This document shows positions 1 through 7,424 of a stretch of 44,287 bases of DNA, piece by piece. Numbering within the stretch: the first letter of the stretch is position 1; the number at the start of each line of letters is the position of its first letter. This DNA is from a virus. Under the pieces are notes generated by a model. That model saw only the letters and a list, made by a program, of their open reading frames with translations, did not search any database and was not told the DNA's origin. The translations under genes were made by a program, and so were the position numbers. The stretch spans positions 1 through 44,287 of IMG/VR virus record IMGVR_UViG_3300002461_000457; one strand, 5' to 3'.

Positions 1-94
1 GGCAGATCTTGGGTGGCCAGCAGACCTCGAGCTCCATGCGCTGCCACCGCATTTCCAGCTGGGCCTCGGCTGCACCGGGGCGCTTCAGCCAGAT
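1..94. repeat. terminal direct repeat, copy 1 (identical to 44194-44287)
   Basis: First 94 nt (ggcagatcttgggtgg...cttcagccagat) recur base-for-base as the last 94 nt of the window. Confidence 0.95.
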
Positions 95-322
95 CTCGCG
101 CTCGACGTCCTCGAATGGACGGGCGAGTTCGAACAGGGCTGCGACGCCTTGCCTCGGGGACTTAATCGTCCTGAGGGCTGACATTTCCTCGAGCCTCTCG
201 AGGGCTGCATGCACCCACCACGGTGCGACCTTGTTCGCCTTGGCAATCTCGGAGACTGTCCGCATACCCTGGTTCAGGCACTTGGCGACGAGCAGGGCTC
301 GCTCGTAGGTCGGGGCCTTCAT
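1..322 (-). CDS. HTH-type small DNA-binding protein, N-terminal part of a 123-codon gene that wraps over the contig junction
   Basis: ATG at 322-320 overlaps the upstream stop (ATGA at 319-322). My translation is MKAPTYERALLVAKCLNQGMRTVSEIAKANKVAPWWVHAALERLEE..., with a helix-turn-helix-like segment. The frame is open to position 1 and continues in phase at 44193. Confidence 0.7.
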   Translation of the reverse strand, partial: MKAPTYERALLVAKCLNQGMRTVSEIAKANKVAPWWVHAALERLEEMSALRTIKSPRQGVAALFELARPFEDVEREIWLKRPGAAEAQLEMRWQRMELEVCWPPKIC

Positions 323-612
323 GCGTCACCCTGGACGCGCTCGTAGCGCTTCTCGGAGTTCATGCGCCAGACCTTGTTCCTCTCGACCGATGCCTGCGAG
401 ATAGGCCGAGCGGTGACGGTGTTCCCGATCGACATGGCCGGGACACCTCGGAACGTGTCGGCATGCTGCCGGCAGTACCAGGGCCCTCCTCCGGTTGTCG
501 AGAACGAGATCAGCCCTGCGTGGGGGCAATGCTTGCCCATGTCGTTCCAGCTGCAGCTGCTGGGGCGGATGGCCGCCAGAAGCGCGTTGTAGTCCTTCAC
601 GTCGTGACTCAT
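319..612 (-). CDS. hypothetical Cys/His-rich protein (97 aa)
   Basis: Internal ATG of track ORF 319..753 at 612-610 forms an ATGA overlap with the stop of 609..1544. Sequence is MSHDVKDYNALL...CSWNDMGKHCPHAG...WYCRQH. The stop overlaps the next start (ATGA). Confidence 0.65.
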   Translation of the reverse strand: MSHDVKDYNALLAAIRPSSCSWNDMGKHCPHAGLISFSTTGGGPWYCRQHADTFRGVPAMSIGNTVTARPISQASVERNKVWRMNSEKRYERVQGDA

Positions 613-1544
613 GCTGCTACACCTCCCTGGTCGTTGCCTTTGGACTTCAATCGATCGAAGCACTTCTGCTTCAGCGTGTCGTAGCTGTCGCTCTGGTTCG
701 CGAATATCCCGAGCTCTCGAGCCTTGCGGTCGATGCCCTGCGGCGTGGTCCACCAGACGTCTGTCGGCTTGCGCTCCTTCGCCGGTGCTGACGGTGGCGG
801 GGAGATGACGTCCTTGACGATGGGGAGCAGGTACTTCGCGGGGATGGGCGTGGGCGGGGGCTTCTGCTGCCGAGCCCTGTCGACTGCCTCGGTCAGCTGC
901 TCGTCGGTTGCACCCAGGTCGACGAGCTCGAGGGTTACGGGGTGCATTGCCGTGATCTGGACCCCAGCGACGCGCAGCTTGGCGGCGATCGCACCTGCCC
1001 GGGTGGCCTTCATCCCTGGGCCTGGGTTCGGAGCCTTGGCCGTTGCCCTGGATTCAGGAATCAGAGAATCAGGTATCAGAGAATCAGGAATCAGAGAATC
1101 AGGGGGTTTTGACCCCCCCTTCATCAGGGAAGGATTCTCGGATTCTGGGGTTGATGATGAGGGGGTGATTCTCGGAATTGAGTCCGATGATGAGGGGGCA
1201 ATTCCGGGAACTAAGGTCAGAGGGGGCGCCGGGATGGTGCTGGCGGCCTCGAGGTAGTGGGGAGATTGGTGCTTGCGGAAGTTGATTATCTGGACGTAGC
1301 GCTTGCCGGCCACCTCGTACCTGACGATGAAGCCGAAGCTCGCAAGCTCTTGAAGTAGCGGATCAATGTCGACTGTGTCGAATGGCAGTAACTCGCCCTT
1401 GATGCGCTTGGGCCGGTCCTCAAACCGGCCCTCCCGGTCGGCGACCATCCATAGGCCGGGCCAGATGTACCTTGCCCAGATGCTGCACTCCGCGAGGTCC
1501 TCGTTTTTGTACATCCCCGGCTTGATGTTGCGTGCTCTGGCCAT
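609..1544 (-). CDS. replication initiator / replisome-organiser-like protein (311 aa)
   Basis: Follows the Cro-like gene. The N-terminus MARARNIKPGMYKNEDLAECSIWARYIWPGLWMVADREGRFEDRPKRIK resembles phage replication proteins from memory. A low-complexity linker (PPDSLIPDSLIPDSLIPE) is encoded by tandem 15-bp repeats, like lambda O carrying ori. Confidence 0.5.
   Translation of the reverse strand: MARARNIKPGMYKNEDLAECSIWARYIWPGLWMVADREGRFEDRPKRIKGELLPFDTVDIDPLLQELASFGFIVRYEVAGKRYVQIINFRKHQSPHYLEAASTIPAPPLTLVPGIAPSSSDSIPRITPSSSTPESENPSLMKGGSKPPDSLIPDSLIPDSLIPESRATAKAPNPGPGMKATRAGAIAAKLRVAGVQITAMHPVTLELVDLGATDEQLTEAVDRARQQKPPPTPIPAKYLLPIVKDVISPPPSAPAKERKPTDVWWTTPQGIDRKARELGIFANQSDSYDTLKQKCFDRLKSKGNDQGGVAA
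1050..1103. repeat. iteron-like tandem repeats (15-bp unit AATCAGAGAATCAGG, 3 full copies plus a partial)
   Basis: Units lie at 1059-1073, 1074-1088 (one change) and 1089-1103, preceded by the partial copy GGATTCAGG. They are followed by a GGGGGT/ACCCCC hairpin at 1102-1117. Confidence 0.85.
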
Positions 1545-1618
1545 CTCACCATCCGATCGGTCGTGTCACCCCGTGGGATAACCCGGGGGCGACTTGGTTG
1601 GGAATGTGGTCGCCCATC

Positions 1619-1864
1619 TCAGGCGGCCCTGCGGTGACGCTGGCCGAACTTCAGCCGGAGGTACTCCCAGTCGGCATCCAGGATCAGGCTCTCGGCCTGC
1701 ACCTGCCCGTGGGATTCGCGCTCGATCACGATCGCCATCTGCATGCTTGCCTTACGGTAGCCGGTGGCAATGTGCGAGATGTACTTCGGGGAGGTCTTGC
1801 AGCGGGCTGCGAAGGCCTCCTTGCCCGGGGGGCTGAGAGATTGCCAGTAGTCGAGAAGAGTCAT
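1619..1864 (-). CDS. Cro/YdaS-like HTH transcriptional regulator (81 aa)
   Basis: ATG 1864-1862 lies 6 nt after GAGGA. Sequence is MTLLDYWQSLSPPGKEAFAARCKTSPKYISHIATGYRKASMQMAIVIERESHGQV. It is the first gene of the leftward operon, next to the divergent control region. Confidence 0.6.
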   Translation of the reverse strand: MTLLDYWQSLSPPGKEAFAARCKTSPKYISHIATGYRKASMQMAIVIERESHGQVQAESLILDADWEYLRLKFGQRHRRAA

Positions 1865-1980
1865 GTCGTTCCTCAGTGGGTTGGTCGGGAGCGTCGTACG
1901 GTAGCAAGTTGTTCGCCAGAGCGCAAGTGCTACGTGTTCCACGTGGAGCGGCGAACACATACGAACACGTGCGGACGCAG

Positions 1981-2030
1981 CTGGACTCACCTGGACGCCC
2001 CTGGAATCACCAGGACTCAGGCAGACTCAG
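1981..2030. promoter_or_regulatory. five helically phased 10-bp degenerate repeats (CTGGACTCAC CTGGACGCCC CTGGAATCAC CAGGACTCAG GCAGACTCAG)
   Basis: Read directly. The period is exactly 10 bp, inside the only sizeable intergenic region between the divergent operons. Confidence 0.5.
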
Positions 2031-2075
2031 GCATCACACTCGAAAAATTATTTTCGCTGGGGCGGTATCAAGTGC

Positions 2076-2105
2076 TTGCATTCGGAAAGTAGCCTGTGCT
2101 ATCTT
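2076..2105 (+). promoter_or_regulatory. candidate sigma70-like promoter for the rightward early operon (TTGCAT-18 nt-TATCTT)
   Basis: The hexamers were read by eye ~38 nt upstream of the 2143 start. They lie next to the AT-rich near-palindrome CGAAAAattaTTTTCG (2041-2056). Confidence 0.3.
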
Positions 2106-2142
2106 GACGACTCGCACCACCCACTACCTTTCGGAGATCGAG

Positions 2143-2553
2143 ATGAACAACACCAAGCTGCAGGTCTGGTACTCGAGCAAGGCCGCCACCTACCAAACCT
2201 TTGCCGGCAAGACCGTCGAAGCGACCGTCTCGGCGACCGACCGGGCGGGCAACCTGTATGCCGTCCTCGACGGTCCCGCCGGCCTTGTTGCGTGGGACTG
2301 CAACCCCGAGCACGACCCGATCCCCTGCGACCTGCTGCCGACCGAGCGTCCCGAGACAGACGGCCACCAGAGCGCCACCCTCGTCGAACTGAAGCGCGGC
2401 GAGTACGTGCGCCTCAAGATCAACGGTCCCGTCTGGATTCGCGGCCCCTACTGCCGTGAGAACAAGACCTTCGAACTGCACTCGTTCGACGACGCGAATC
2501 GAGTTCTCTGTCGCAAGGGCAGCACCTTGGTCTATCACGGGTTCACGTTCTAG
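2143..2553 (+). CDS. hypothetical protein (136 aa), first rightward gene
   Basis: Internal ATG of track ORF 1876..2553, with GGAG 6 nt upstream. Sequence starts MNNTKLQVWYSSKAATYQTF... I recognise no motif. Confidence 0.65.
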   Translation: MNNTKLQVWYSSKAATYQTFAGKTVEATVSATDRAGNLYAVLDGPAGLVAWDCNPEHDPIPCDLLPTERPETDGHQSATLVELKRGEYVRLKINGPVWIRGPYCRENKTFELHSFDDANRVLCRKGSTLVYHGFTF

Positions 2554-2634
2554 GCCGACTCTGCTTGCCCCTGCCGGCGCGGGGGCAAACGGGGCAACTG
2601 CCCGCACTCAACCATTTCTCTCGGAGACAACACC

Positions 2635-3723
2635 ATGCTGACGCAAGCAAACAAGCAGTGGGCCAACCGTCCTGACGATCAACGCTTCGCGAACCTGCTC
2701 GACCTGCAGGCCTTCGTCGAGGCCTCCCGGGCTCAGAGCCGCGCCGTCGTCGTGCCGAACCGTCGGCTCGAGGTCTGCCCGACCGAGGAGAACCAGGGCC
2801 TCGTCGTGACCGGCCCGAACGGCCACCCGTACACCCTGAACAACTGGTCCTTCGGCCAGCTGGCCAACCTTGCCGGCGCACATGCGAGCTACCTGCGCAG
2901 GCTGCCGGCGCCGCTGGCAGCGGACTGCATCAACTACGGGCTGCATGTCGAGCGCGACGTGCAAGAGCTCGGCTGCCTGATTCAGCGGGACGAGCAGGAC
3001 TACACCTTCCGCGCCGCCACCGGCCCGAACTACGGCAGGATCTGGAACTCGGACGTGGTCCGCGGCCTCGTCGACCGTTTCGGCGACGGGATCACCGGGC
3101 AGTTCCGGGTCCCTGGCGAGTTCGGCCGGGCCGTCGAGGTGACCAAGCGCAACACGACGCTGTTCGCCTCGGACCGTGACCTCTTCGTCTTCCTCGCCGA
3201 TGAGGAGCGCCGGATCGAAGTGCCGAACCGCCGCAACGGGACGTCCGGCAGCATGGCCCGAGGCTTCTTCCTCTGGAACAGCGAGGTCGGCAGCGCGACC
3301 TTCGGGATCGGCATGTTCCTCTTCGACTTTGTGTGCGCGAACCGTATCGTCTGGGGCGCCGAGCAGTATCAAGAGATTCGGATTCGCCACACTTCGGGGG
3401 CTCCGCACCGGTTCATCGAGCAGGCAGCCCCTGCGATCGAAGCCTTCGTCGAGAGCTCGACCAGCAACATCTCGCAGACGATCGCGGCCGCGCAGGTGAA
3501 GAAGGTCAGCGACCTGGACGCGTTCCTGGCCAACCGCAAGTTCACCGGCTCGCAGATCTCCGGCATCAAGCGGGCTCATCAGGAGGAAGAGGGCCGCCCG
3601 ATCGAGTCGTTCTGGGACGTGACCACTGGCGTGACGGCTTACGCCAAGACCATCCGCCACCAGGACGAGCGAGTGTCCCTCGAGCGTGCCGGCGGCAAGA
3701 TCCTCACCGACGCCGTAGCGTAA
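2635..3723 (+). CDS. DUF932-family protein (phage/plasmid-like, 362 aa)
   Basis: The core LFASDRDLFVFL...FFLWNSEVGSATFGIGMFLFDFVCANRIVWG resembles the DUF932 signature (NSHDGS...FR.VC.NG type) from memory. Confidence 0.65.
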   Translation: MLTQANKQWANRPDDQRFANLLDLQAFVEASRAQSRAVVVPNRRLEVCPTEENQGLVVTGPNGHPYTLNNWSFGQLANLAGAHASYLRRLPAPLAADCINYGLHVERDVQELGCLIQRDEQDYTFRAATGPNYGRIWNSDVVRGLVDRFGDGITGQFRVPGEFGRAVEVTKRNTTLFASDRDLFVFLADEERRIEVPNRRNGTSGSMARGFFLWNSEVGSATFGIGMFLFDFVCANRIVWGAEQYQEIRIRHTSGAPHRFIEQAAPAIEAFVESSTSNISQTIAAAQVKKVSDLDAFLANRKFTGSQISGIKRAHQEEEGRPIESFWDVTTGVTAYAKTIRHQDERVSLERAGGKILTDAVA

Positions 3724-3789
3724 CGGCCCTTCCAGGCCCTTCCCGCGAGGGGCCTGGGGGAGCACTGACGCTCGACACTCAATCAGGAG

Positions 3790-3981
3790 ATGAACATGGA
3801 AATTCAGGTGAAGCTGAACCACGACGAGATCGAGACGATTGTCGTTGACGAGATGCATCGGAAGTTCCCTGGCTACAAGGCCTCGGTGACGTTCTCGAGC
3901 TACTACTCGTACGCGACGGTCGACCTCGAGCCGGTCAAGCTCGATCCGGTCCCCGCTCTCGTCGCCCCGCAGGCCGAGTAG
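3790..3981 (+). CDS. hypothetical small protein (63 aa; start may be ATG 3796)
   Basis: AGGAG at 3785-3789. The frame is G/C-ending and codon-biased. Confidence 0.6.
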   Translation: MNMEIQVKLNHDEIETIVVDEMHRKFPGYKASVTFSSYYSYATVDLEPVKLDPVPALVAPQAE

Positions 3982-3984
3982 GTC

Positions 3985-4191
3985 ATGGCCAGCGTGCGCT
4001 ACCCCACGCCCTGCACCTCAGCCTACTGCGGCAAGGTGCTCTGCGACGGCTGCCCGGTGCGGCCGCGCATGGTGCAGTACCAGGAGGCACAGGGCTCCCT
4101 GCAGGAGTACGAGGAGGGGCAAGAGAGGCTCCGCGCCGACAAGCTGGCAGGGCGCGGCATCTGGGCCCGATACGAAAGGGACGACCTGTGA
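3985..4191 (+). CDS. hypothetical Cys-rich small protein (68 aa)
   Basis: Contains PCTSAYCGKVLCDGCP (4 Cys). Its stop overlaps the next start (GTGA 4188-4191). Confidence 0.55.
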   Translation: MASVRYPTPCTSAYCGKVLCDGCPVRPRMVQYQEAQGSLQEYEEGQERLRADKLAGRGIWARYERDDL

Positions 4192-4478
4192 GCTACGTTC
4201 ACATGACCGACGAAGACCAAGAGATCTGCCTGGACCGGGCCATCCGCCGGTCCGCCCCGGGCGTGCATGCCCACTACCGCAACGTCAGGGCCGAGCAGAG
4301 CGATGCCATGATAATGCGGCACATCATGCGGGCGCGGAAGAACAACAGACTCGCACGGGCCGACTACCACGCCTTCCTCGAGAAGGCCTCGAGGCCGGTC
4401 CCGATGGGCTCGTTGCCGGCTGGCGTCGAGAAGGACATGGGCCTGAACCAGCCCGGCTTGAAGTGGACAGGAGACTGA
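4188..4478 (+). CDS. hypothetical protein (96 aa, GTG start)
   Basis: GTGA stop-start overlap with the upstream gene. The frame shows codon bias. Confidence 0.55.
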   Translation: MSYVHMTDEDQEICLDRAIRRSAPGVHAHYRNVRAEQSDAMIMRHIMRARKNNRLARADYHAFLEKASRPVPMGSLPAGVEKDMGLNQPGLKWTGD

Positions 4479-4479
4479 C

Positions 4480-4686
4480 GTGACTACAGAGCTCAAGCCA
4501 GAAGATCACGTGGCGAAGTTCCAGTGCAAGTACTGCCGGCACGTCCAGGCTGTCATGCCGGCAAAGGTCTGGCTCGAGGCCGGGGTGCTCAAGGGCACCT
4601 TCGGCAGCGATGCAGACTTCTGCGAGGTCTGCGACGGCCCGGTGGACTTCCTTCCGAAGGCTCACGGGGAGGTGACGCTGCCATGA
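4480..4686 (+). CDS. zinc-ribbon-like small protein (68 aa, GTG start)
   Basis: AGGAG lies 6 nt upstream. Two CxxC pairs are present (CKYC ... CEVC). Confidence 0.6.
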   Translation: MTTELKPEDHVAKFQCKYCRHVQAVMPAKVWLEAGVLKGTFGSDADFCEVCDGPVDFLPKAHGEVTLP

Positions 4687-4793
4687 AGCCGAGAAAGCGC
4701 GGGCTGCCGACAGCATCGGGTGTCGTCATCGTTCTGGTCTGGGTGCTCTACCTGCTCACGGTGATCATTCTTCTAACGAGGTGCGCAACATGA
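4683..4793 (+). CDS. 36-aa single-pass membrane peptide
   Basis: ATGA overlap at 4683-4686. My translation is MKPRKRGLPTASGVVIVLVWVLYLLTVIILLTRCAT. It is below the ORF-track length cutoff. Confidence 0.45.
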   Translation: MKPRKRGLPTASGVVIVLVWVLYLLTVIILLTRCAT

Positions 4794-4930
4794 GTGACGA
4801 CGAGGCGAAGGGAATCTTCATAGCCCTCGCATTGGCCGCGATCTTCTTCATCTGGTCGTGCGCCGATGCGATCGACAAGTGGGGCGAGCGGGACATTCAT
4901 CAACCGAAGGCACAGGAGGTGCGCAAGTGA
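4790..4930 (+). CDS. 46-aa single-pass membrane peptide
   Basis: ATGA overlap at 4790-4793 and GTGA overlap with the exonuclease start. My translation is MSDDEAKGIFIALALAAIFFIWSCADAIDKWGERDIHQPKAQEVRK. Confidence 0.45.
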   Translation: MSDDEAKGIFIALALAAIFFIWSCADAIDKWGERDIHQPKAQEVRK

Positions 4931-5844
4931 GCAGCGACGAAGCAAGGAATGACTGGCTGGAGGCCCGCCGCAGTGGCATCGGGGGCAGCGACGCGCCGGC
5001 GGTGCTTGGCGTCAGCAAGTGGCGCACGCCGTTCCAGGTCTGGCAAGAGAAGCGCGGCGAGCTCGTCGATAGCCCGACGAACTGGTCGATGCGCTGGGGC
5101 ACTCAGATGGAACCGCTCCTTCGGCAGCACTACTCGGACGTCACCGGCCGAGAGGTGCTCATGCCGACGACGCCGCACCAGATCATCCGCCACCCGAAGT
5201 ACGAGTGGATGCTGGCAACGCCAGACGGCGGGACCGTCGACAAGCGTCTGGTTGAGATCAAGACCTCGAGATCGACCGATGGCTGGGGCGAACCAGGGAC
5301 CGACGAGATTCCGCAGGCATACCTCGTACAGGTGCAGCACTACCTGTGCGTGACCGGCTTTCGAATTGCTGACGTGGTCCTCGGAATCTACGGGAGCGAG
5401 CCGGCCATCTATCACGTCGAGGCCGACGACGAACTGCAGGAACTGCTGATAGAGGCCGAATCGCAGTTCTGGAAGCTCGTCGTGAGCGGCGAGCCACCGG
5501 AGACGACCTCCTACGCTGACGTCGTTGCGAGGTATGGCGGCAAGAGCGTAGCGAGGGCCGTCGTCGCCGACACCGAGCTCGTCAAGACGGTCAGCGAGCT
5601 CGCGCAGATCAAGGCCCAGATGAAGGGCCTCGAGGTCAGCGAGGAGGCCGCGAAGGCGGCGCTCATGCAGGCTCTCGGCGAGTCCGACACATTGGTCGAC
5701 GCGGCCGGGAAGGTGCTCTGCACGTGGAAGGCCGCGAAGCCCGCTGCCCGGTTCGACGCCAAGTCCCTGCAGGCCGACAACCCTGTGCTCTACCAGAAGT
5801 ACCTCAGGCTCGGCGAAGCCAGCCGGCGCTTTCTTCTCAAGTAA
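4927..5844 (+). CDS. YqaJ-type (lambda Exo-like) recombination exonuclease
   Basis: GTG 4927 lies 7 nt after AGGAGG. The motif RRSGIGGSDAPAVLGVSKWRTPFQVWQEKRG is typical of the YqaJ family, and VEIKTSRS follows later in the sequence. Confidence 0.85.
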   Translation: MSSDEARNDWLEARRSGIGGSDAPAVLGVSKWRTPFQVWQEKRGELVDSPTNWSMRWGTQMEPLLRQHYSDVTGREVLMPTTPHQIIRHPKYEWMLATPDGGTVDKRLVEIKTSRSTDGWGEPGTDEIPQAYLVQVQHYLCVTGFRIADVVLGIYGSEPAIYHVEADDELQELLIEAESQFWKLVVSGEPPETTSYADVVARYGGKSVARAVVADTELVKTVSELAQIKAQMKGLEVSEEAAKAALMQALGESDTLVDAAGKVLCTWKAAKPAARFDAKSLQADNPVLYQKYLRLGEASRRFLLK

Positions 5845-5863
5845 CGTAACCAACGGAGGCATC

Positions 5864-6922
5864 ATGCCCAACGAAGTCGTCGAACACAGCAACAATCCAT
5901 TTGCCGGCGGCCAAGTCGCCACCCGCCCGTCCAACCCCATGGCCTCGAGCGACCAGAGCCGTGCGGTCGCAGAGGTGCAGGCAGCGATGATGATTGCCCG
6001 CGCCAACCCGCGTGACCAGATCCAGGCCATGGATCGCATCCTGCAGGCCTGCACGCGCCCCACGCTGGCCGAGGCCGCCCTGTACACGTATGCCAGGGGC
6101 GGGACCGAGATCACCGGGCCGTCGATTCGGCTGGCCGAGGCAATCGCCCAATGCTGGGGCAACTTCCAGTTCGGCATCCGCGAGCTCGAGCAGCGCAATG
6201 GCGAGTCGACGGTCGAGGCCTTTGCCTGGGACGTCGAAACCAACACCCGGCAGGTCAAGGTGTTCCAGGTTCCCCACGTTCGGCACACCAAGCGTGGCGT
6301 GACGCGACTGGAGGATCCGCGGGACGTCTACGAGCTAGTCGCCAACCAAGGCGCTCGCCGGCTGCGTGCGTGCATCCTGGGGGTGGTCCCTGGCGACGTT
6401 GTCGAGGCTGCAGTGAAGCAGGCCGAGGTGACGCTGAAGACCAAGGCCGAGGTGACGCCGGAGCGCATCAAGAACCTCCTCGAGAAGTTCGGCGAGGGGT
6501 TCGGTGTGACGAAGGAGCAGATCGAGAAGCGGATCCAGAGGCATATCGAGGCAATGACCCCGGCCCTCATGGTGAACCTGGGCAAGATCTACAACTCGCT
6601 CCGCGACGGCATGAGCAGTCCGGGTGACTGGTTCGAACCGGTCGAGGCTCCCGCGGCATCAGCCTCCGGGACGTCCCCGGCAGAGGCGCTCAAGTCAAAG
6701 CTGCGGTCCGCCAAGAAGGCAGAGGCGAAGCCAGAGCCCGCCACGGCATCTGGCACGGCATCTGCCGCCGGGGGGAGCTTCACACTCGGCGATGCTCTTG
6801 CCATGGTCAAGGAGGGAGACTTTGCCGGGGCAGAAGAGGTCGCGGCCATGCTTTCGCAGGAGGATGCAGGCGAGGTGTCCGCGGCGATTTTTGAGGCAAC
6901 CAAGCCAGCCAGGGAGGAGTAA
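5864..6922 (+). CDS. putative single-strand annealing protein partnering the exonuclease (352 aa)
   Basis: Lies immediately downstream of the exonuclease, as in Exo/Bet and RecE/RecT pairs. The core is ARANPRDQIQAMDRILQACTRPTLAEAALYTYARGGTEITGPSIRLAEAIAQCWGN. I cannot assign the family with certainty. Confidence 0.55.
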   Translation: MPNEVVEHSNNPFAGGQVATRPSNPMASSDQSRAVAEVQAAMMIARANPRDQIQAMDRILQACTRPTLAEAALYTYARGGTEITGPSIRLAEAIAQCWGNFQFGIRELEQRNGESTVEAFAWDVETNTRQVKVFQVPHVRHTKRGVTRLEDPRDVYELVANQGARRLRACILGVVPGDVVEAAVKQAEVTLKTKAEVTPERIKNLLEKFGEGFGVTKEQIEKRIQRHIEAMTPALMVNLGKIYNSLRDGMSSPGDWFEPVEAPAASASGTSPAEALKSKLRSAKKAEAKPEPATASGTASAAGGSFTLGDALAMVKEGDFAGAEEVAAMLSQEDAGEVSAAIFEATKPAREE

Positions 6923-6927
6923 CCGAC

Positions 6928-7275
6928 ATGGACAAAGAGACACCCAGCGAGCGGCCCGCTCTCGTCGAGATGGCATTCGTCGAGCCGGTCGAGCCGATTA
7001 ACTGCCCATCTTGCGGGCAACCTTTGATGAGCATCACGTGGCTGACCGAGTTCGGGAAGGAGCCGGCCGACGGTGACGTCGGGATTACCCGTTGCTGCGC
7101 GTCGGTGCTCTGGATGAGCATGAAGCAGAGGAACGCTCGGAGGATGACCGTCGACGAGTTCGTTCGCATGCCCGAGGGCATTGCTGCGGCGACGGCCACC
7201 GTTCTCAATGCTCACAAGCAGGTGGCAGCACTCGAGCTTGCCGTGAGCGCCGTTCGTAAGGCGCAGAGCCATTGA
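6928..7275 (+). CDS. hypothetical protein with CPSCG motif (115 aa)
   Basis: GGGAGGAG lies 8 nt upstream. Confidence 0.6.
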   Translation: MDKETPSERPALVEMAFVEPVEPINCPSCGQPLMSITWLTEFGKEPADGDVGITRCCASVLWMSMKQRNARRMTVDEFVRMPEGIAAATATVLNAHKQVAALELAVSAVRKAQSH

Positions 7276-7424
7276 TCACCGGGCGGGGACCGATCACGTC
7301 AGGACCCAGTGACGTTAAACCGCCGGGTACTCCGAGAGTGCGAGCGACGATCGGATCCCCCGCCCACCCCTAACCCACCTACCCGTTCCGGGTAACCCAC
7401 CCACCCATTACAGGGAGCATCACC

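Noticed and set aside
1050-1200. CRISPR-like or satellite array
   Set aside because: The units are only 15 bp, lie head-to-tail without spacers, and sit in frame inside a coding sequence. They are iteron or peptide repeats, not a CRISPR array. No CRISPR array or tRNA gene was seen elsewhere.
3732-3757. Hairpins after the first two rightward genes (2565-2588, 7-bp stem; 3732-3757, 8-bp stem CCAGGCCC/GGGCCTGG) as intrinsic terminators
   Set aside because: Neither is followed by a U-tract, and downstream genes continue tightly on the same strand. They may modulate mRNA stability, but I cannot support calling them terminators.
2608-6291. Long minus-strand ORFs (2608..3858, 416 aa; 4900..6291, 463 aa) antisense to the DUF932 and exonuclease/annealing genes
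   Set aside because: Same artefact. The sequences are low-complexity and Arg/Ala/Gly-rich, whereas the plus-strand frames carry recognisable family motifs and RBSs.
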